From: a virus
Taxonomy: Duplodnaviria > Caudoviricetes
Strand: one strand, 5' to 3'
DNA: 64,000 nucleotides
Virus record (IMG/VR): IMGVR_UViG_3300036958_000855
Location: 19,652 to 83,651 of that record
In this document: in pieces, positions 27,580 through 37,005 of the stretch
Position numbering within the stretch: the stretch's first letter is position 1
How the letters are laid out: each line of letters starts with the position of its first letter
Made by a program: the position numbers and the translations under genes
The notes under the pieces: model-generated
Database searches by the model: none
What the model was told of the DNA's origin: nothing
Seen by the model: the letters and a program-made list of their open reading frames with translations, nothing else

Positions 27580-28593
27580 TCACCACCGATCGTCTTGCGG
27601 TTCCGGCTTCGGCTGGTTCCGTTCGTCATCGTAGAGGTCGTCACGTGCCATGTCGTGAGGCCAGAGGAACGACCCCTTGCCGAGCATCCGCTTCGCGAAC
27701 GCGGTCTGCCTGGTCGCCTGCGTTGCGTTGTGCTGCGAGACGAGCGCGGCGACCGTGTTGCCGAGCGTCTGCGCCGTGTTCGCCGCGAACGCGCTGTCGC
27801 CAGATTCCGCATCAGATGGTTGCTGCTCGTTGGTCTTCTGCTCCTGCCCAGTCGTGAGGTCCATACGCGCGCCTCCGAGCGAGCTTCCGACGAACGCCTC
27901 TTCGATGTCAGCGGAAACCGGCGTTGCCTCGGTCTGCTCGAAGCTGCTCTGCTTCGCCACGTCCACGACGCGCGCGATGCACGCAAGCCGCTTCATCGCC
28001 TGCTCGGGCTTGTCCTTGGCAACCTCTGCAACCTGCTCGGTGAGCCACTTGACGAGCAGCTCCGGTGTGAAGGCGACCTTCACCATCTTCTCGGCTGGCG
28101 CTGCGGGCGCTGCGGCGCCCATCTGAGTCGATACGTTGGTCAACATGTCCGTGGCTCCCTTCAGCTCCGTGAGCGCCTCGGCCACCTTCTGTTGCCCCAG
28201 CAAGTCGCTCACCTTCCACATTCTGTCTTGCACGGCGCGGGTCGTCGTGACCATCGCCGTGTAGGTGTCCAGCTCGAACTTCACGATGCGCTTCGCAGCC
28301 GGGTCACGCGCTGCGACCGGAACCGCGGGTGTGCCCGTCCCTTCCGCGGCGACCGCTGGCGCCGGGGTCGCGCCGCACAACTGCACCAGCGCGGACGCAA
28401 CCGCCCTGCACACGTCGGCTCCGCCTTCTGGAAGCGCTCCATCTGGCCCAACCTTGTCAGCCAACGCTGTGATGGCCGTCGCCGCGTCGCGCAACGTCGT
28501 CGCAACCTGTGGCGCTCCTTCTGGAGGTGCCTTGTGCAGCGGTTGGAGTGCTTCGGAGATGCTGTTCAACAGATGTGCGACGGTCGGAGGCAT
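27580..28593 (-). CDS. Hypothetical head-region protein
   Basis: Helical Ala-rich ORF between MuF and the protease; probable start MPPTVAH. Confidence 0.55.
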   Translation of the reverse strand: MPPTVAHLLNSISEALQPLHKAPPEGAPQVATTLRDAATAITALADKVGPDGALPEGGADVCRAVASALVQLCGATPAPAVAAEGTGTPAVPVAARDPAAKRIVKFELDTYTAMVTTTRAVQDRMWKVSDLLGQQKVAEALTELKGATDMLTNVSTQMGAAAPAAPAEKMVKVAFTPELLVKWLTEQVAEVAKDKPEQAMKRLACIARVVDVAKQSSFEQTEATPVSADIEEAFVGSSLGGARMDLTTGQEQKTNEQQPSDAESGDSAFAANTAQTLGNTVAALVSQHNATQATRQTAFAKRMLGKGSFLWPHDMARDDLYDDERNQPKPEPQDDRW

Positions 28594-28606
28594 GGTCACG
28601 GCTCCT

Positions 28607-28918
28607 TCACGATGGTGTCCAGATGAGGCGAGCGTCGGGCTTCCAGTCCTGCCCGTCCAGTTCGGCGCGCAGGAAACGATACAAGTTGTCGCAGATGCGC
28701 ACAACCGACCACTTCAGGTCTCCGCGGCACACCTTTACGATGCGGATGCAGATGTCGAAACGACGTCGCGTTTCCGCGCCCGTGAGGTACGACACGACGC
28801 GCCCGTTCTTCGCAGCCGCAAGGTCGTCGTCGAACGAGCGAGCGATGGCACGATGCACAGCGGTGGTCACGCGCCCAAGCTGGTCGCGCTCTACGAGGTC
28901 GAGAAGCTCACCTGCCAT
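28607..28918 (-). CDS. Hypothetical protein (103 aa)
   Basis: Compact globular-looking ORF in frame with operon direction. Confidence 0.6.
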   Translation of the reverse strand: MAGELLDLVERDQLGRVTTAVHRAIARSFDDDLAAAKNGRVVSYLTGAETRRRFDICIRIVKVCRGDLKWSVVRICDNLYRFLRAELDGQDWKPDARLIWTPS

Positions 28919-28957
28919 ACGGCCGAGCGTACCGCGAACTGGCGGGTCAAGCCAAGC

Positions 28958-29152
28958 CTAGTCCTCTGGATAGGTGATTCCGAGTTCTGCGTAGAGCGCC
29001 CGGTAGGCTGCCAGCAGCTCGGTCGGGTCGTCTTGCAGCATGTAAAGCGTCTCGCCGGTTTCCGGCGATAGCTCCCCGGTTTCTTCTAGTTCTGCGCGTG
29101 CCACAGCGAGCGCGCCATCGAGGTCGTTTCGTCCGAGCGGTTCCATCAGCAC
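28958..29152 (-). CDS. Small acidic protein (64 aa), candidate immunity protein
   Basis: Overlaps the MuF stop by 7 nt; D/E-rich. Confidence 0.55.
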   Translation of the reverse strand: MLMEPLGRNDLDGALAVARAELEETGELSPETGETLYMLQDDPTELLAAYRALYAELGITYPED

Positions 29153-32100
29153 CCTGCCTTGCGCTTCGTGCCCGCGATTCTCACCACCGTGGCCTCTTCT
29201 TGGGCTTCGGCTTTGTCTCTCATCAGATTCGGGTCCGCCAGTATCTTGTCCCGCAGCTTCCTGCGCTCCTCAACCGACAAGCTAGGAGCAAGCTCCTCCA
29301 ACAAACGCATGATGTGCTCAGGAGGTCCGTTGATTGGGACCGGAGGCTTCCCGCCACGCAAGCGCGCTCCAGCCCGCTCCAACAGCTCCGGCACCTCTTC
29401 TGGCTTTATCTTCGGGTTCGCAAGGCGCAGCGCCTCATGCGCGTGCGTGAGCAACGCCCGTTGGTAGTCCCGATAGGTGGAAGCCGCAGCTATGTCCCAC
29501 TGCCCCTTGTAGTGGGAAGGTTGGCGCAGCGCAGATTGGTTCACCGTGTCTCCGCCATCTGGTGGCACGCCAAACAACGCTCGCGCCGACCGTCGAGCGA
29601 GCATCTCCGTCATGGCCTCTTCGACGCCAACCCCAGCGTCCACGTATGCATGGCGCATGATTGGCGATGCACCGTGTGCCTCCTCGTGCAAGAGCAGCAC
29701 CAGCCCGAACAGCTCATCTGGACTGAGCGACCCCAACGCAGCCTTCGGGTTCTTCACATCTTCTGGGCGTAGCTTCGCGAGAGCGTGCATGGCGAGTCGC
29801 ATGTACTTCGGTTTGACACGCACGACGTCGTCCCAACCATGCGTTGCGGCTGCGCCGGGTCCGGTATCCCCAGCGCGTAGCTTGTCTGCGCCGTATTGCG
29901 GTGCGATGGGCGTACTACCAGGGATGCGCGCAATCACGCCATCTGCCGACGTTAGGCCAACCATGGCGAGCGCGTGCCGCGCTGCTTGCCGCAAGGCGCG
30001 CTCCTCTTCCTTCGTGCGCGGCTTGTCACCCTTCTCAGGAGCGCCATCTCGTGCGAGCACCGCGAAGCCCTCGATGCCTTCTGGCACCGCACCAGCTTGG
30101 CGCGCTGCTGGCTCTGCCGTCGTGATGGGGATGCGCGGCATCCCGAGCGCCTTGGCTGCCGCAACGTACGCGGCGCCACGCACGATGTAGAGCTTCCCGT
30201 CTTGCTTGACGGCAACAATGTCCGGGTGCTCCCCGCGTGCGAGCTTGCGCATCGCTGCGCGCACCTCTTCGTTCGTGGCGGGAACGTCTGACGTGGACGT
30301 CGCAATCAGCTCGTCCACGCCAACGCGAGCCCGGTCCTCAATCGGCTTCTTGAGCGCCGTCGCTATGCCGTCGTCGGTGATGCGCGCCATCGCATCCACG
30401 ACCGGACCTTCCCTGTTCGCTTGGATACCCTTGAGCCCGAGTGCGCGAGCACGTTGTGGTGGTGTCTTGGCGCGCGCGAGGTCGGGAAGCTTCGCCATCG
30501 CGCGAAGCGCCCCTTCACCAAGCTCCGCGTCCTCTGGCGCAGGGCGCGGTTGCATGAACAGTTCTTCGCGAACGCGAGACGGCTGTGCGTCAAGGTCTAC
30601 AACGTGCCCGCGCAACGCACTCATCCCCATGGCGCGCATCGCAGCCACGTCCGTCACCGCGTCGCCGAACACGTAATACTTGCCCTTGTACTTCACGATG
30701 CGCGGGAACTCGCCGGGGTCCGCCACGCCACGAGGTGACGCCGCGAGCCCGTGCCATCGACGAACCGCGAGTTCGAGCTGTGCCCGCGTCTGCGTTCGTT
30801 CCGTCACGACCACCGCGTCCCAAGGAACATCCGCGAGCACCGGCGACGCCCAGTGCTCTGGTTGCAGTTCACTTCCACGGAACGCACCGTCTACCTGCAA
30901 CCCAAGCCGCAACACATCGGCGCGCCCGTCTGGCGTGCGGGCGCCTTGCAGCACGCGCATCGTGTCGTCCTGTCCCTTGGACGTGTGCGGTGGGAGCTTG
31001 CGCGCTTCGTCTTCCGCGACCACCCGGTGTTCCAACGGAGGCGGTGGCGGTGGTGCTTCTTCTGGCGTTGGCTTTGCTGGCTTCGGCTTCCCCGGTTTGG
31101 GAGGCGCGGGCGCACGGCGCAGTGGCTGGATGCTCGTCATGTCTGGCACGACCGTCGTTCGGCAGTTGGCGTGAAACGGCGGAATCATCACACCAGCCTT
31201 GGCGAGGTCGGCGTCGCTCATCGCCTGCTTGAACTTGCCGGGGTCGTCAACGCGACCCATGCCAGACTGTTCCTCGCGCGCGACCGTCGTGCGCGACCCG
31301 TCCCGATTCTTCACGTACAAGTATTGGCCCTCGTCATCCTTGCCGTCCCGCAGCCACGGCTGGATGTAGCGCACGTCCTCGGGGTCATCCGCGGCGTCAA
31401 CCTCGTCGAACGTTTCGAGAGCGCGCGCGATGCTGAACGTGCGGTTGTGCATGAACCTGCACTGGCGCGTGGTCACCTCGTCGAGCACGGCAAGGATGGT
31501 GTACCGCGTGAGCCCCGCTTGCTGGTATGACGACATGGCGCCGTAAGAGCGTGCGCGCGCCACGAACACCCCGGCAGCCATCGTCCAGTACGCATCGGAG
31601 CGGTTCACCCCCTGCGCCGTCAACTCCGTCTTGAGCCGCTGCCCTATCTCGTGACGCCCGTGCCCAGCGTCCAACCCCTCTGCCACAATCTGACGCGCAC
31701 GCTGCGAGAACGCCTCCTCGCGCTTGCCGTACTCGTTGCGGATGAAGTTCCCTTGCGACTTCGCGGCACGCTCTGCGATGCGCGCGTCTCGCGCGTTCTG
31801 GTCGTACGACACCGCGTACCCGAAGTCGCGGCTCACCTTCTGCTTCACACCATCAATGGTGCGGTTCGCAGACGCGCGCAGCGTCTCCTCTACCCGCGGG
31901 ATTACCTTGTCTGGCACCTGTTTGAGCGCCGCACGCGATGCGCGCACGATGCGCTCGCGTTCCAAGCTGCTCAGAGCGCGCCAATCCACATCGAGCGACG
32001 CGATGGCGCGCTTGATGGCATCGGTTTCGGTTTCCCGCGTCGCTCCCTTGAGCGCGTCTGCTAGGCGTTTGCTGATGACGAGGAAGTCCGCGTCATCCAT

Positions 32101-32214
32101 GGGGTCGAGCGCCTTGGTCGCATGGATGCGCCAGACATGCGCGAGCACCGCCTCGACGGCCTGCACCCCATCCGCGATGAGGTTTCCAGTTGGCTCAATG
32201 CGTAGTGTCGTCAT
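29146..32214 (-). CDS. Head morphogenesis protein (MuF / SPP1 gp7 family) with C-terminal extension and HExxH metallopeptidase
   Basis: TILAVLDEVTTRQCRFMH and PPFHANCRTTVVP MuF motifs; C-terminal LLLHEEAHG...VEEAMTEMLAR. Confidence 0.85.
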   Translation of the reverse strand: MTTLRIEPTGNLIADGVQAVEAVLAHVWRIHATKALDPMDDADFLVISKRLADALKGATRETETDAIKRAIASLDVDWRALSSLERERIVRASRAALKQVPDKVIPRVEETLRASANRTIDGVKQKVSRDFGYAVSYDQNARDARIAERAAKSQGNFIRNEYGKREEAFSQRARQIVAEGLDAGHGRHEIGQRLKTELTAQGVNRSDAYWTMAAGVFVARARSYGAMSSYQQAGLTRYTILAVLDEVTTRQCRFMHNRTFSIARALETFDEVDAADDPEDVRYIQPWLRDGKDDEGQYLYVKNRDGSRTTVAREEQSGMGRVDDPGKFKQAMSDADLAKAGVMIPPFHANCRTTVVPDMTSIQPLRRAPAPPKPGKPKPAKPTPEEAPPPPPPLEHRVVAEDEARKLPPHTSKGQDDTMRVLQGARTPDGRADVLRLGLQVDGAFRGSELQPEHWASPVLADVPWDAVVVTERTQTRAQLELAVRRWHGLAASPRGVADPGEFPRIVKYKGKYYVFGDAVTDVAAMRAMGMSALRGHVVDLDAQPSRVREELFMQPRPAPEDAELGEGALRAMAKLPDLARAKTPPQRARALGLKGIQANREGPVVDAMARITDDGIATALKKPIEDRARVGVDELIATSTSDVPATNEEVRAAMRKLARGEHPDIVAVKQDGKLYIVRGAAYVAAAKALGMPRIPITTAEPAARQAGAVPEGIEGFAVLARDGAPEKGDKPRTKEEERALRQAARHALAMVGLTSADGVIARIPGSTPIAPQYGADKLRAGDTGPGAAATHGWDDVVRVKPKYMRLAMHALAKLRPEDVKNPKAALGSLSPDELFGLVLLLHEEAHGASPIMRHAYVDAGVGVEEAMTEMLARRSARALFGVPPDGGDTVNQSALRQPSHYKGQWDIAAASTYRDYQRALLTHAHEALRLANPKIKPEEVPELLERAGARLRGGKPPVPINGPPEHIMRLLEELAPSLSVEERRKLRDKILADPNLMRDKAEAQEEATVVRIAGTKRKAGC

Positions 32215-34162
32215 GCGAGGTCTGGTTTGGCGCCCGTTCCATCTCCTCGATGCGACGCTTGCGGAAGTCCTCCGCGGCTTGCGCCGCTTCTTCTTCTATG
32301 AGTGCCCGACGCAGCGCCAGCATCGCCTTCGCTTGTTCCCCGAGCCCGCGCAAGCCGGGTGGCAAGCGCAGCAGCGCAGCACGCTGCGCTGGCTGCAACG
32401 TGCCGTTGAGCCCCTTTGTTGGCGCCGCTGTTGGCGGCGTTTGCGCGCCGGGCGCGGGCTGTGGCGCCAAGCCCAAGTCTTGGAACGGCGCGCGCTCCTG
32501 GCCGATGCCTGGCGCCTCGCCGGTGAACGGCGGTGGCGGTTCTTCCACGACGCCAACGCCAGCCATGGTGAGCTGCACGGGCTGCTTGACCCATGCGGCG
32601 TCGATGCGCCGCAGCTCGCGGTTGAACACCAGCTCCGCAAGCTGCCTGCCCTCCTCTGGCGTGAGGATGTTCGCGTTCGCAAGGTCTTTGATGATGCCCG
32701 CCAGCAGTTGCGGGTCACGTACGGTTGGGCTGTTGCTCTGGAACTTCCAGAACCGAACGCCCATGTCGGTGAACACCTTGCGGTTGATGATGAAGTCGAA
32801 CTCCTCGCGCTCCGGCTGGAACACCTGCTGTTCCGCGAAGTCGATAGCGGCGTCTGCTGTGGCGCGGTTGAAGTCCCGCACGTCACCACGCAAGAGCCGG
32901 GGCAGCCGGAACGACTGGCCCACCTTGTCCATGTTCCGCTCATCGTACCCCGTGAACAGCGCGTCCTTCTGTTGCGCGTCGGTGAGGGGCTGCAACGTGA
33001 GCTGCATCTTGCCAGAGTGCTCCAGCGTCCCGCTCGACCCTCCCTCGGCTTCGAGGATGAGAATCTTGTGGAAGTTCGCCTTGCCCTTCAGCTCGTGCTG
33101 CACGAACGACTCAAGGCGCTGCACCGTCTCCTCGGTCACGCGCCCTCCAGACACGAGCAGCGCCAGCGGTGGCACGCTCTTGTTGTCGAAGTAAAGGTAG
33201 TTCACCTCCTCGGCCTGGCGCGACCCAAGCACGGCGAGCAAGTTTCCTATCCACCGCGGCACGCCGTAGGCGGTACGTGACGAGTGGAGCTTGAAGTGCA
33301 GCACCTCGGTCGCCGGTCCGTCGGTCGGGTTCGCCTTGCGCATCTCCTCCACGCTCGGCCAGACGCGCCCGTTGAGCTTGCTCACAACACGCGGGTCGCC
33401 GAACTCCTTGAAGAACATGGTCCGCGACTCGAACACTTGCACGAAGCGACGGAATAGGCGGTCCTTCGTCGTCACGTCGTACGCGATGTCGCTCACCTTA
33501 GCCTTGGCTTGCACGCTCGTGTAGGTCTTGTCGAGCGGCAGGAGCCGGATGGTGAACGCTGGCATGTAGACGAACTCGGCAATCTCCCCGGCCCCGTCGC
33601 GCAACACCTCCATGTACCCGTTGCCCATCAGCTCCAAGTCTTGCCGCACGCGACGCCGCAGCGTCACGAAGCTCGTGTCCTCGACGCAGAACTCGAAGAA
33701 GTGCTCCAAGCGCGTCTTCTCAGCACGCATCTGTTGCACCAACTCTGCCTTCCGCTGCGCCACCTCCTCTGACGTTGGCATGAGCTGACGGCCAACCACA
33801 TCTGCCGGTGCGCCCGGCTTCTCTCGTTCACGCAGGCGCTCCAGGTAGACCGCTTGCGCAATCCGCTGGTCCGCGTCCGCGGTGTCCAAGTCGATGACCG
33901 GAACGAACTGGTGGCCGAAGGCATCGATGTTCGTCACGTAGGCATCGATGTTCTGGCGCAACGAGTTCGAGTGCTCCATGAGCAGCGCAAGCGTGGAAAG
34001 GCTGTATGGAGGTTCGATGGCTCCCGCCTGCGAGAACGCACGTTCCGCCTCGTCCACGCCCTGCATGGTGTTGCTCGTCTGGACGCCCTTGTCGGCGCCG
34101 ATGAGCACCGCCTTCAGAACGTTCGCGTGACGGCCGACATTCTCGTCGAGGTCGTTTGCCAC
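32195..34162 (-). CDS. Portal protein (PBSX-like, 655 aa)
   Basis: DLELMGNGYMEV, YGVPRWIG, YFDNKSVP, FRLPRLLRG, NRATADAA...EQQVFQP. Confidence 0.9.
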   Translation of the reverse strand: MANDLDENVGRHANVLKAVLIGADKGVQTSNTMQGVDEAERAFSQAGAIEPPYSLSTLALLMEHSNSLRQNIDAYVTNIDAFGHQFVPVIDLDTADADQRIAQAVYLERLREREKPGAPADVVGRQLMPTSEEVAQRKAELVQQMRAEKTRLEHFFEFCVEDTSFVTLRRRVRQDLELMGNGYMEVLRDGAGEIAEFVYMPAFTIRLLPLDKTYTSVQAKAKVSDIAYDVTTKDRLFRRFVQVFESRTMFFKEFGDPRVVSKLNGRVWPSVEEMRKANPTDGPATEVLHFKLHSSRTAYGVPRWIGNLLAVLGSRQAEEVNYLYFDNKSVPPLALLVSGGRVTEETVQRLESFVQHELKGKANFHKILILEAEGGSSGTLEHSGKMQLTLQPLTDAQQKDALFTGYDERNMDKVGQSFRLPRLLRGDVRDFNRATADAAIDFAEQQVFQPEREEFDFIINRKVFTDMGVRFWKFQSNSPTVRDPQLLAGIIKDLANANILTPEEGRQLAELVFNRELRRIDAAWVKQPVQLTMAGVGVVEEPPPPFTGEAPGIGQERAPFQDLGLAPQPAPGAQTPPTAAPTKGLNGTLQPAQRAALLRLPPGLRGLGEQAKAMLALRRALIEEEAAQAAEDFRKRRIEEMERAPNQTSHDDTTH

Positions 34163-34170
34163 GTGTCACC

Positions 34171-34470
34171 TCAATCTGTACGGGAGTCGAACCCACCGAG
34201 GTGGGCAACCGGAGTGCCGTTGGTGTAGGCGGTCGTCTTGATGCGCAGCCGCGTCACGGCGAGCGGAACAGCCACGATGCTCGGCGCCGAGATGGCAGAG
34301 CCGATGTCTGTCCACTCGTCGTGAGCGCCGACAACCCCCTGCACCTGCAACGTGGCGGTGAACGTTCCGTGGATGTGCAGCGTCTTCTCGTGGAAGCGCT
34401 CCACCACCTCCGGGCGCCCCTCACCGTTCAGAAGCTCCTTGACCTCCATCTGAATGACTTCGTGGCGCAT
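34171..34470 (-). CDS. Small beta-rich hypothetical protein
   Basis: Start MRHEVIQ; directly upstream of the portal gene. Confidence 0.55.
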   Translation of the reverse strand: MRHEVIQMEVKELLNGEGRPEVVERFHEKTLHIHGTFTATLQVQGVVGAHDEWTDIGSAISAPSIVAVPLAVTRLRIKTTAYTNGTPVAHLGGFDSRTD

Positions 34471-34474
34471 GGCG

Positions 34475-34684
34475 CTACTCCTTCGCGTGGATGTAGGCGA
34501 CGAACGTGTCGCCTGGGCTGCACGCCACCGACCGGACGGCATGACCCCAGCCGACGAGCCGTTCCGTCACGACGCGGAGTGCGTGGTCCGTGTTGCGCGC
34601 GTCTACCGTGAAGCCCTCCCGCTGTACCGGCTTCGCTTGCGGCGTCGCCGCAACCTCGAACAGCTTCACCTTGTACGTCTTCAT
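34475..34684 (-). CDS. Hypothetical protein (69 aa)
   Basis: Tightly packed ORF with GAGGG RBS. Confidence 0.55.
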   Translation of the reverse strand: MKTYKVKLFEVAATPQAKPVQREGFTVDARNTDHALRVVTERLVGWGHAVRSVACSPGDTFVAYIHAKE

Positions 34685-34693
34685 GCCCTCATC

Positions 34694-35014
34694 CTACCCG
34701 CGCGCCGCGCCGTTGCCAAGCGCATAGTCTCGCGTCCCTTGCGTATCCCGCGCGCCTACGAGACGCACAAGCGCCTCACGCTCCGTGTCGCTTGCGACGG
34801 CGCGACCGATGGCAGCATACGCCGCTGGCGCGCGCACCCCGCACACGTCAAGCCAACGCGCCGCATCCGCAACCCACGACGGATACCAGTAGCGTCCACG
34901 CTCACCGCGTCGCGTCGGCGGGTCGTAGACCAAGTGCACACCGGCATCGCGTAGGCGCATCGCGCGCTCAGCGCATTGCGTCCAGACGTAGTTGTTGGGA
35001 ATCGTAGGAGCCAT
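34694..35014 (-). CDS. Hypothetical protein (106 aa)
   Basis: Tightly packed ORF. Confidence 0.5.
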   Translation of the reverse strand: MAPTIPNNYVWTQCAERAMRLRDAGVHLVYDPPTRRGERGRYWYPSWVADAARWLDVCGVRAPAAYAAIGRAVASDTEREALVRLVGARDTQGTRDYALGNGAARG

Positions 35015-35385
35015 CGCGCACGCGCAATCGGTAAACGGCGACTTGTGGAGGCATCAACGCCGAAGCGCCCCTTCACCCAGCACGCCACCATGTAAAGCAA
35101 GGCGCCGTCAAGCGGGTCTGCCGCGAGCCCGGCAAGCTCGTTGATGACCCCGACGAACCGCTTGTCGTTGATGAACGCGCCCCATACCTCGTCCCAGTTC
35201 GGCACGCGGTGCTGCGCCATGGCGCACAAGGAGTCCCACTCTTCGAGTTGCGCCACGTACAATGACCATGCTGGCATCGCGAGCATGGTGCCGGGCTTGG
35301 CCTCACGCTGCTCATCTTCCACCACGACCCCGCGTGCACGCGCAAGCCTCGCGTGCACGAACGTCCCCAGCAAGTGCGTGCTCAT
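34756..35385 (-). CDS. Hypothetical protein; C-terminal part overlaps the 34694-35014 ORF
   Basis: ATGA-coupled start MSTHLL; the first ~115 aa look globular, the remainder looks like a shadow frame. Confidence 0.4.
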   Translation of the reverse strand: MSTHLLGTFVHARLARARGVVVEDEQREAKPGTMLAMPAWSLYVAQLEEWDSLCAMAQHRVPNWDEVWGAFINDKRFVGVINELAGLAADPLDGALLYMVACWVKGRFGVDASTSRRLPIARARWLLRFPTTTSGRNALSARCAYAMPVCTWSTTRRRDAVSVDATGIRRGLRMRRVGLTCAGCARQRRMLPSVAPSQATRSVRRLCVS

Positions 35386-35561
35386 CGGTTGCGGCTCCAC
35401 GCGCCGGGCAGGAACCCGGCGTTGCTCATCCAGTCATCGAGCGCCTCGACGAGTTCTGCGAGGCGACGCACATCATCCTCGTCTGGCATGTCCCCGTCGC
35501 ACGGGTTCAGGAGCTTGTGCGCCAGACGCCGCTGCTCCGCCAGGTTCGCGTCAGGGTCCAT
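35382..35561 (-). CDS. Small phage protein (MDPDANLAEQ...GFLPGAW)
   Basis: AGGAGG RBS; helical-hairpin pattern I recall from small phage proteins. Confidence 0.65.
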   Translation of the reverse strand: MDPDANLAEQRRLAHKLLNPCDGDMPDEDDVRRLAELVEALDDWMSNAGFLPGAWSRNR

Positions 35562-35721
35562 CGTGTGCCTCCTTTGGTATCGCAAGCACGACGAGTTCGC
35601 CATCGCGTACGATGCCCTTTGCCGTGGCGCGACGTGCGGTCAACCAGTCGCGCAATTCCCCAAGCGTCCGCGGCTTGCTGTGCTCCAGCAAGTGCTCCAC
35701 CAGTTCATCCGAGTGCCTCAT
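35551..35721 (-). CDS. Hypothetical protein (56 aa)
   Basis: ATGA-coupled, AGGAGG RBS. Confidence 0.55.
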   Translation of the reverse strand: MRHSDELVEHLLEHSKPRTLGELRDWLTARRATAKGIVRDGELVVLAIPKEAHDGP

Positions 35722-36023
35722 CTTGCCTCCTTCTTCTCGTGAGCCAAAACCCATTCCGCCATCGCTGCTTTCCCACCAAGCGTCCGCACCGTGCGCAACG
35801 CGGGGAGCAGCCGTGCGGGGTCCGCACGCACGACGTTGATTGCCCGCTGCACGGAGATCTCCGCCCATCGTGCGGGCACAAGCTCACACACCCACCATAC
35901 CCACGTTGGCACGAACCATCCATCTAGTACGTGAGGCTGTCCGGGAGGCCCGAGGCCGTTACGAAGAGTTGGCTCGTTCTGAAGTTCCTTCGCGAGCACG
36001 TCGTTGATGACCTTGTACCCCAT
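35718..36023 (-). CDS. Hypothetical protein
   Basis: Start MGYKVIN; packed operon. Confidence 0.5.
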   Translation of the reverse strand: MGYKVINDVLAKELQNEPTLRNGLGPPGQPHVLDGWFVPTWVWWVCELVPARWAEISVQRAINVVRADPARLLPALRTVRTLGGKAAMAEWVLAHEKKEAR

Positions 36024-36040
36024 GCACTCCCGCTCCCACG

Positions 36041-36274
36041 TCACCGCCGTCGCCCGTGCAGCTTGCGTGCGATGTGCTGCGCGGCTTGTTGCCGGTCCCG
36101 TAGCGCAGCCAGCTCGATTGGGCCAACTTCCACGCAAAACGGAACGGGCGCTGCGGGCACGCGCTGGAACGTGCCGCACTGCGGGCAGCGGATGATATCG
36201 GACGGCTTCGTCCGAGGGCCAACCAACCCGCACTTGCAACACAGCACGTTCTTGCTCTCGTCGAACTCTGCCAT
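36041..36274 (-). CDS. Zinc-ribbon protein
   Basis: CCKCG...CPQCG; ATGA-coupled. Confidence 0.6.
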   Translation of the reverse strand: MAEFDESKNVLCCKCGLVGPRTKPSDIIRCPQCGTFQRVPAAPVPFCVEVGPIELAALRDRQQAAQHIARKLHGRRR

Positions 36275-36492
36275 CACGCCCAGCCCTTCTGCTCCGCAAG
36301 CCACCGCTTGATGACCAACGTGCCGCGGGTGTTCTCCGCGAACACCTCGGACTCGTCTGCAATCTGCGACTTCGGCACCCAGTGCTCCTCGCCAGCGATG
36401 ACGCACAAGAGCGCCTTGTCCGTTTCGCGCTCCACCGTCACGTCGTCGTGGCAGATGAAGCGCTCCTCCGTGTTGTGGTCGTAGAACTCCAT
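36274..36492 (-). CDS. Small acidic phage protein with WVPKSQI motif
   Basis: ETDKALL...EEHWVPKSQI...WLAEQKG; AGGAG RBS. Confidence 0.7.
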   Translation of the reverse strand: MEFYDHNTEERFICHDDVTVERETDKALLCVIAGEEHWVPKSQIADESEVFAENTRGTLVIKRWLAEQKGWA

Positions 36493-36500
36493 GGCTCCTC

Positions 36501-36734
36501 CTACGTGTGAATGTACCCATCCAGCTCGACGCCGTGGAACATCCCGCACGCAACGAAGTAGTAGCATCCCATCGTGTAGTCCCACTGCAACTCCGGGTAG
36601 CCGCGGGCGCACTGCAAGCACGCGCCTCCGCGATTGTCGCAGTCGTGGTGCATGGGCTGCGGGTGTGCGGTAGCCCATGCGCGCATCGCGTGGTGCACCG
36701 CCTCTGGCACCTCAAGGGGTCTCGGCGTCGGCAT
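36501..36734 (-). CDS. Cys/His-rich hypothetical protein (77 aa)
   Basis: HHDCD..CLQC..CGMFH. Confidence 0.45.
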   Translation of the reverse strand: MPTPRPLEVPEAVHHAMRAWATAHPQPMHHDCDNRGGACLQCARGYPELQWDYTMGCYYFVACGMFHGVELDGYIHT

Positions 36735-37005
36735 CGCACACCTCCTCGATGGTCACGCGCAGCAGTTGCGCCGGTCGCCCTCTCGACTGAAGCTGCTCCG
36801 TCACACGTCGCGCCTCATCCGCGTCCGCGAACAGAACCGCCTCCGTGGCGCGCCTCTGCTTCAGGTAGTCCGCGAGCACGCTCAGATTGAGCCCGCCCAA
36901 GTAGGCTACAACCGGAGGCGCCGGGCACATCGGCAAGCCCTCCGAATCAACCCCGTGGCACGTCCCACAAGCCGGGCACGGTGGCTCACGCATGGTCCAC
37001 CCCAA
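36712..37005 (-). CDS. Hypothetical protein with CPACGTC
   Basis: Zinc knuckle; packed operon. Confidence 0.5.
   Translation of the reverse strand: MGWTMREPPCPACGTCHGVDSEGLPMCPAPPVVAYLGGLNLSVLADYLKQRRATEAVLFADADEARRVTEQLQSRGRPAQLLRVTIEEVCDADAETP

Noticed and set aside
24189-33280. Long plus-strand ORFs (24189-25808, 25972-27408, 31724-33280)
   Set aside because: All lie opposite well-supported minus-strand head genes and have shadow-like composition
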